Source: Camelus ferus (Eukaryota). From it: DNA of 64,000 bases. The notes beneath the pieces were generated by a model. It did no database searches and was not told where the DNA came from. It saw nothing but the letters and a program-made list of their open reading frames with translations. Both the position numbers and the translations under genes were made by a program. This document shows positions 56,287 to 64,000 of this stretch, piece after piece. Position 1 is the first letter of the stretch. Every line of letters starts with the position of its first letter. The stretch is from assembly GCF_009834535.1 (NCBI RefSeq), contig NC_045697.1, positions 53,446,001 through 53,510,000 of the forward strand, in the 5' to 3' direction.

Positions 56287-58508
56287 CATACAGTTCTGAC
56301 AGTCAATTTATACTGATACATTTGTGTCCTATTTACATCTTTTGTTAGAGATCTGCAGAAGAATGCACATATGCATTGAAATTTTATATGCACATATAAA
56401 TATATAGTAGCAGAAATGGACATCTTGGTGGAACTTTGTCAGACAATGGAATGGAAAGCTCAAATGTTATTTCTAGGGACTGACCTGTAAGGAAAATTAG
56501 ACTTAGCATAACTGAGGAGGAAGCCAGCTGTTGACGGCAGTTCCATGAGGATAAAGTCACTACTGTTGTGGACAAAATTCCGTGAGCATAACTGCATCTG
56601 GCTCATTAAGAATTTGAGTAAGTTGCCCATTTCTGCTTAGTCACTGCTTAGAGCATTCTCTATTGTTCTAGCCTATCTTGCTACTGAATTAGAAAGTGAA
56701 TGCAGGAATAATAACGAAGTTCACACTTAGTGTGACTACCAGTGGAACATTGCACTAAGTGCTTCACAAATATCTTTTGAAATTTACACATTGTCTTTAT
56801 GAATTTGGCACAGTATTATCATCATATTATATAGGATAAAACTGAAGTACAATGATAGTATGTAGCTTCCCCAATGTCCGACAGTACTAAGATTCAAATC
56901 TAGGCAATTCAGCCTTGCTTTAACACCCTACCTCATCCCGACCAAAGTCAGTGCTTTATAAAGTAGAAGATTGACACTGGAGAAATTAAGAACTATTTCC
57001 CAGGCTATCCTGAGAGCAAAGTGGCAGAGGCCAGGGTAGAAAGTATCTTTAGTTTTGACCTTCAACTCTAAATCTCTAACATAATTGGCTGAAAATGATG
57101 TAGACTAGAAAGGGATGAGTATTTAAAAATGAAGTCATCAAAACAAAAGAATTAATTACATCCTAGGCAAAGGATCACAAACAGTGTGAATGGGGTAGGG
57201 GTGAGAGTTTAATTATCATTCTATGCTTTCTATACTTTTACCCCTTATAAGATTTTCAGTATTTTCAGTCTGTCTCAGAAAGTTACAACTCTTTAGGAAA
57301 AATTAAAAATAATATGAAGAATAGCAAATGCATGAGCCACCTATACTTACAGAAGTCTGAATCATCATTCTGTGTTTACTTCCTGGTTAAAGTTTTTTTA
57401 TTACTATTTTATGAGTATGTTGAGGTATTCATAGGATGTGTGTTCAACCATGTCAATTAAAATACTGTACAGCCAAGTGACATAAAATTAACCCTAGAGT
57501 CAGCTTTTTATTTCTTTAAAAATATGTAGTACCTTAAAAGGTCTCATAGATCTCAAATTAATATAAACTTCGGAAAGTTCAAGAACCAAAACATATACTA
57601 TCACCTTAATTTTACTAAAAGCAAAATGAAAACATCATTACTATACCTTGCAAAAGAAAAATAGATGCATTTTATTTTGTGCAAGTAAAGCCAAAACAAT
57701 CTTTTTTTTTTATATTTCAGATGGTCATAAAACAACTCTTTTAGACCAATTACTCTTTGATATGTGTTTACCTCATCCAGCTATGAAAGTCAAAATTCTC
57801 AACAGCATTAACAATCTAATTTCTAAAGCAGTAAATGATGGAATTTATGCAAAAACAATTTTAGTAAAAATCTAGAAGATAGGTACTTAAAAGACAACAG
57901 AAAATTCTTCTTAGGACTTGCTCAGCTATGAAATCATAATTTTCTAAATATGTTTCTAAAATTTGATTATACAATATTTTTACTCAGTTGATATATGTTC
58001 AAAGGTATATCTCAATCTAAAATACAAACCATTAAATATTCATTTTTAAAAACATACACCAAGCTATGTGTTTGATAGGGACTCTTGCTCAGGCACACAC
58101 TTTATCAGGCTGAGTGGGTGAGGTCCAGATATTGGCCAAGTGTCTCCAAAGCTGCAGAGGTCAGAGAGGGAGAAATCACAGCGTAAAATCTGGGATATTA
58201 AAGTACAAACTACATGCTAATAGAAAATCTCATTTTTACATTTTGCTGAGGCAGCTTATGGCGTCTCAGGCCAAAGATGTACTTCCTTATGAGAGTTTTT
58301 GATTGTTTCTTTTTCAAGAAATGTAAACCACAGGAAAAGAATGGGCAGTAAAGGCAGCTGGTCACCTTTCTCAAGCCTAGCACAGGAAGGAAAGAGCCAT
58401 CTTGTGTTCTACTCACTTCTCTCCCACCTTGGAATAAGCGGCGGAAAGGGCTTCAACTCAAGCCCTTTAACATTATGGTAAACAAGAGTGAGGTTTACCC
58501 TCCTGGCA

Positions 58509-58510
<2 letters not shown>

Positions 58511-58552
<42 letters not shown>

Positions 58553-58560
58553 GTGTGTGT
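58511..58560. repeat. (TG)20+ microsatellite
   Basis: Direct read. Confidence 0.95.
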
Positions 58561-61500
58561 TGAAGGGGGTGTGTATATATGGAAAGGAGGTGACCAGACA
58601 TTAGATAGCAGACCTTGTTAATTTCCCTCTCCAGCAGCAAGATAAGGCCAGTATTATTTACAAACTCCAAAGCTGTCAAACAGGGCTTTTTTTCTTTGGC
58701 AGCTAAGAAAGTACACACTCCTATAGGACCCAAGATTACAACTCTGGTGCTGAGACATTCACTATCTATTGTTCTGAAAACTCACTTTTATTAACAATGA
58801 GAAAGAAAGAAGAAAGAATATATATCCATACTCACATCCCCAAGAACCTTGCTTCATCTGACCAAATTAAGGTCCCTTTCTTGAGGAAGAAGAGAATATA
58901 TTTGATTGGCAGCAGTTGTATACGAGAATTTACTTTACTGCTCATTTTTGTTTCAATAGTGTTTACCCACAAGTAAGTGGGAGAATCTGTGTTTGAACTC
59001 AAGTTTATCTTGCAGACACTGAAGTTCATGATCTTATCACTCTACTAACTTCTCATTGAAGCTGACTACTTGGACTCTGGCTCAAAAGAATTATGAGAAA
59101 ACAACTGTGAGATTAATTACATGCTGGTATTTACCAAGCACAATTGACTAAATAAAATTAATCTGCTCCCTATATCTGGGACTAAAAATTCCTTTTAATA
59201 TGCCACTAACTCTATGATTATTAACATAAATCAAACAGCCTTTAATTCAAAATGTCTACCAAGTTGATTCTAAGGGTCAGGATCATTGCTAGTCTATAGC
59301 ACTAGCAAGTACAGTTGTATGTGTTGTGCATTCTACAATTCTAAGAGATACTATTCATGCTGTAGTATAAAACCTGATGTCCCTAAGTAAGACCTTGAAA
59401 GACAATTAGTTTATAAGGAGGAATAAACTCCAGGTTTTGCCATCAAGGGATTTTTAACTATGTTGAACAAGCAGATTCTTTTGCTTTTGAAGACATTTAA
59501 GGAAAGAAATCTACATTCTGTCAGCCTCCTTTTGGACATTTTTATTTATTTCCTAATGGCATAATTTATATTTATTGTGAATATTTCTTTATCCAATAAT
59601 GTCCTTTATTGCTACCATCCCTCTTCAATAAAAATGACTAAGTTATACAAGGATATCAATATTCAGATGAGGGACTTCCCTAGTTCTGAAAAGGAAGTGA
59701 GGCAAAAGCATTTTGGTGAGACCTGTCAGTATTACCTGCCTTCAGAGAGGAAGCAGATTGATCTTCAACCTAATCCCTGCCTTCCCAGGTAGATGAGCTA
59801 TGATGACATAAAGAATTTCAAGGAAGTGACTCTTAGCTTGGGGGAAAAGATATCCCTGTGCTCAGGAATTTACAGGTACATACACAGTTTCAAAAATGAT
59901 TAGCTTCTCCTTTGGACTCACACATTCATAAGAAAGGTAACTGAGAAAAATATTATATATGCAGAAACCACTGGTATAAGAACATAGAAATTTGGAGAAC
60001 ATAGATATATATTTGGATATTAAATTGCATACTCTTAGATAAGGAAAATAAAAAGAAATGTCCTCAAAACATAAAAGAGAATTAGGAAAAACATCATAAT
60101 CTGAAAAAAGCTATCATCCCTTTTGCCTTGAGTTAAATATCACAAAAATAACATTTCCTGTTCTAACGTTTCTTCTCACTTCCCATGTTTGAACTTGCTC
60201 TTTAAAAAATTTAGAACATTTATTCAGTATTACTAGGATCACAATTTGAAGATACTATCTTTATAAACATGCAATAAAAAATAATGTCCAATGTGGTTAT
60301 TTATGTATGTGTGGCTAAAATTTAGAAGCCCCTTTCCTTACTAATGCCGGTACAAAAATCAAATGTATATTCAGCATTTCTTTGTATTTGCCTTCTATAC
60401 GCATTTTTTAAAAAAGCATAAGACACATTCTCTGTCTTCAAGTAACTTATCTTCTTATAAGATAAATCATAAAAAACTAAAATTAGTTAATAAACATCAG
60501 GCTATTATGCAAAAGTAAATTGCATGTCACAATTCCTGTGAAGGAAATAAATAAAATTAAAATGGCAAATGGGGAAACATTTGTTCTATTCATGGAAAAA
60601 GTAATTCTTTGTCCTTAATATATAAAAAGGCCTAAAACTGTAAGAACATAAATATTTTAACAGAAAAATAAGAAGAGACTATCAATAACTTACCCATCCC
60701 TTTTAAAAAACACATTAAATCAGAATAGCATAAAAAAGTCAAACTCTGATGTAACTAAAGAAGTGCTAACTAAATAATGAGATGATAATTTTTGCCCATA
60801 AGCTTATACAACAGGTTTGCCATATCAAATGTTGGTCATTAGGATGGATAAAATGTGCATTGATATTCTGCTAATGAGAATTTAAATTGGGATGAACTTT
60901 ACAAAGAATATATCTTTGATTTAGCAATTCTGCTTCTAAATTTTTTTCTGAAGTATGAAATATTATTGTAGCACAATTCAGTGTAAAACTGGTGTGTATA
61001 ATATAATACCTTTTTTGCAGGAGAAAGCGGAATGAAAATATTTAGAGTATTCTGCAAATACCCAAATATTAATAGTGGTTGTTTCTGTAGTAAAATTTAG
61101 AACAGATTTAAATCTGTATTTTCTATATCTTCTAGAATTATTTTGCATTGTTCATTTATTACTTTTACAAAGAGAAAAACAAATATTTTAAAGTTTTGAG
61201 TGCCTCTCAATTTATATTTCTCACCTGCCATAAAATAATTTCCTAATTTTTATTTAACTCTTCATAGAATTTATTTATTTTATTAGACAGTGAAATTGAA
61301 AGGATCTAATCTTCTTAAATACTTCTGTTTAGACTGGTTGATGTGTACACAGGATTAATTTTAGGGGAAAAAGAATACATGCACTGTGAATCTTTTGTTT
61401 TTCTTAATCCCTCTTCTATCTCTGTTACTCTGTTTGTTAAGCTTACATGGCTTAAAAGTCACAAGTTATTTTCTGAGCCTGATTCTTTACCTAATGTTTA

Positions 61501-61765
61501 GGAGTTTAGACAAATCTTTTAGAATCTCTGAATCTCATGGGTAAAATTTGAGCTATCAACAGATACAGAATGCATTCAATCAGTAATTTTTTATAAATCA
61601 GCAAGGCAAACATTAATGCTTTTCGTTTTATTCTAGTGTAGTATCTGGAACATGATAGGTCTGGTGAATGACTGAATGAATACATAAATGAATGGATAAA
61701 GAGATTAATGAATGAGTTAACCATAGGATATTAATATATATTTTAAAACAAGAGATATTTTTACT

Positions 61766-61960
61766 CATGGTTCTCAAAGTATGGTCCCCAAACCAGTAGC
61801 ATCAGCATCATCTCAGAATTTGTTGTAATAGCAAATTCTCAGGCTTCACCCTAGGCCAACTGAATCAGAAACACTGGGAATTGTTACTCAGTAATCTATG
61901 TTTTGTCATGGCCTCCCAGATGATTCTGAAACATGCTAAAATTCAAGAATCTCTGATTTA
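61766..61960. mobile_element. MER5A-like hAT MITE
   Basis: TGGTTCTCAAAGTATGGTCCCCAAACCAGTAGCATCAGCATCA...CTGAATCAGAAACACTGGG...TGATTCTGA. Confidence 0.8.
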
Positions 61961-62849
61961 GAGTGTTTTTCAATTAGTATATACCAACTGAAGTTTGATG
62001 AGTTAATTAATAATGTGGTTATCAGGCAATCTATGCACATCTAAGTAGAGTTTTTCTGAAATTAACACCTTATGCCAAACACCTTTGCAAATTACATTCC
62101 TTGGCATGTGCCATACAAAAGTGTTTATATTGTTTGATGCATGTAGTTAGTTGCCAATAGTTACACATTTAGCATTTGGACCCTTCACAAAAAGAATCTA
62201 GATCTCTAAAACTGTTGCTCTCTATTTCTGCATGGCAGGGATATGCTGGACCTTAGTCTCATCCAACATTAGCATCTTTACCACATTATTCTCCCACTAA
62301 GCTCTTTATCTGAGTATATGGGACTTAGAACACAAAAAACAAACAAATAAAACAAAACGAAACAAAAGGTCTGAGAGGTTGTAGAAATGGTTAGAGTGAC
62401 AGAAAGCAAATGTATTCTTCAACCATCAGTTCTACCCTCCCCGTTTCTGATGTCAAAATTATTTTACCCTTGGTATATGCTTTTTTCATGATATTGGAAA
62501 CTCATGTTTCTTTCAGATGAAAACTCACACATATGTGTACATGCACAGAAACACACACACAATGACTTTCCAATGTAACCAAAATTATTACAAGACATTC
62601 TTAGAAGTTGTAGAGAAGCAACGGGTATCCGTCCACTGACCCTTCAGGTTCTTTCCCTATGTATTTCTCTCAAACCCTTTGAAGGAGTGTGGAGAACTTT
62701 AAATCCAGGTAATCTCTGACTTTATTTACTTTTGGTCTCCACCCTGATCCATTTCCTTCTCAAGGCTTCCTGGCTTTTCCAGCTATTGAAACAACAGGCC
62801 CTGCCTCTGTGTGTATAGTTCAAACCTTGTATATCTTAACAGCCTATGA

Positions 62850-63025
62850 AGTCACTGACTACAGCCTTCAGATCATATCTTTAAGCTTATTTTTCTTCCC
62901 TGGAGTGAGTCTCCTGGGGCTTCTCTTGCCTGCCCTTCCAAGGACTACCATCTGTACCCAGAGGTCCCTTCGGCAGCTGCACCACTAACTGAAATTTAAA
63001 CTGAAAAAGGAAATTCAACCGCAAG
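62850..63025 (+). other. Possible non-coding first exon of the next cluster gene (SULT1B1 by synteny)
   Basis: Non-repetitive, higher-GC segment ending in donor AAG|GTAAAA at 63025/63026. Assignment rests on gene order only. Confidence 0.3.
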
Positions 63026-64000
63026 GTAAAATTTTCTTTTTCAATCTCTTTTCTCTTCTAAGTTTTGATCTTGCATCCACAGAGCATGGTGCTCCCTGAA
63101 TGGTTTCCATTTGAACACATGTTTATAATTGGGATGTTTTTCCCTAATTGCAATTTTCTCACAGGAAATTCAGTGTTGTTGTTGACGCTATGCAGGCTTT
63201 CTCAGACTTTCAGTGATCGCTTTTACTTTTCTGGGTTCAGTGAGACTCTTGTGAAGAATGTCAGGGTTGGGGGACTTCTCATAGAACCGTAAGCCTCATA
63301 AAGGAAGAAGGAATCCACTTGTAGTCCTCCCTTCTCTTCCCCCACCCCCATGTACACACCTGCATGCGCGCGCACACACATCACTTTAACATACTTTCCA
63401 GAATACAGAACATGTTATTTAATTCACTTATTTTAGTGGCTTGATGTGGACCAAGCAGAGCTGTACTTTGTTAGGGTGAAACAAATGGAAGAGATACTAT
63501 TTTCTCATTAAAATAACCATTCAAAACAAACGAATGAGATGTATTAAAATAAACATGGTATACCCACCTGAAGAAAAAAAAAAAAAAAGAACCATTCAGG
63601 TTTAATGTCAGATGACTCGGTGTCTCCTAAGAGGGGCATTATTTTCCACTTTTCTCTTTTTTCCGTTTTTCCTTTTTAAAGCCAGTTTTAGGCATTGAGA
63701 CTTTCAGCCTGCGGCTCGATCTAACTAGGAAGACGCGCAGTGCCATGTAAACTACAGTAAGTAACCGCGTAACGTGGTCTGTCACTTTCACGTAAGACTT
63801 ACAAGATTTTTAGGAACGAATTTTTATATTCTAAAGTAAATGTCATTTATAAACCATCTTCCAGGGTATCTGACTCAATCACATTAGTTATCAGTTGTTG
63901 TATGTCTTTGGGTCCCCTCCCCTGAATTTACCTTCTCACATAATTCTAAACCTCATCATTCACTGGTCGTGATGCGGCAATGCTAATTCAGGACTGCTCC

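Overview
Mammalian, AT-rich and repeat-rich genomic DNA, probably camelid judging by the tRNA-derived SINE style (inference). It covers part of the cytosolic sulfotransferase cluster. The + strand carries a complete, intact SULT1E1 (estrogen sulfotransferase) gene: non-coding exon 1 at ~23375-23477 and seven coding exons from 27524 to 42018, giving an 891-nt CDS (296 aa, or 295 aa from the second ATG). After a 100-N assembly gap (46462-46561) come the last two open-frame coding exons of a SULT1D1-like paralogue (48867-49047, 51066-51178). A possible first non-coding exon of the next gene (SULT1B1 by synteny) ends at 63025. The rest is transposon-derived: L1, L2, MIR, SINEs, ERV/MaLR LTRs and Tigger/MER DNA elements. 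I found no prokaryotic-type system or CRISPR array. The best leads are: an apparently open SULT1D1; unusual SULT1E1 substitutions, including Ser at the human Cys83 position; an intronic triple STAT5 motif cluster; an LTR with a CTCF-like site between the promoter and a candidate HNF4 enhancer; an inverted SINE pair beside exon 4; and two copies of an unclassified palindromic element. Repeat family names are from recall, not from database searches.
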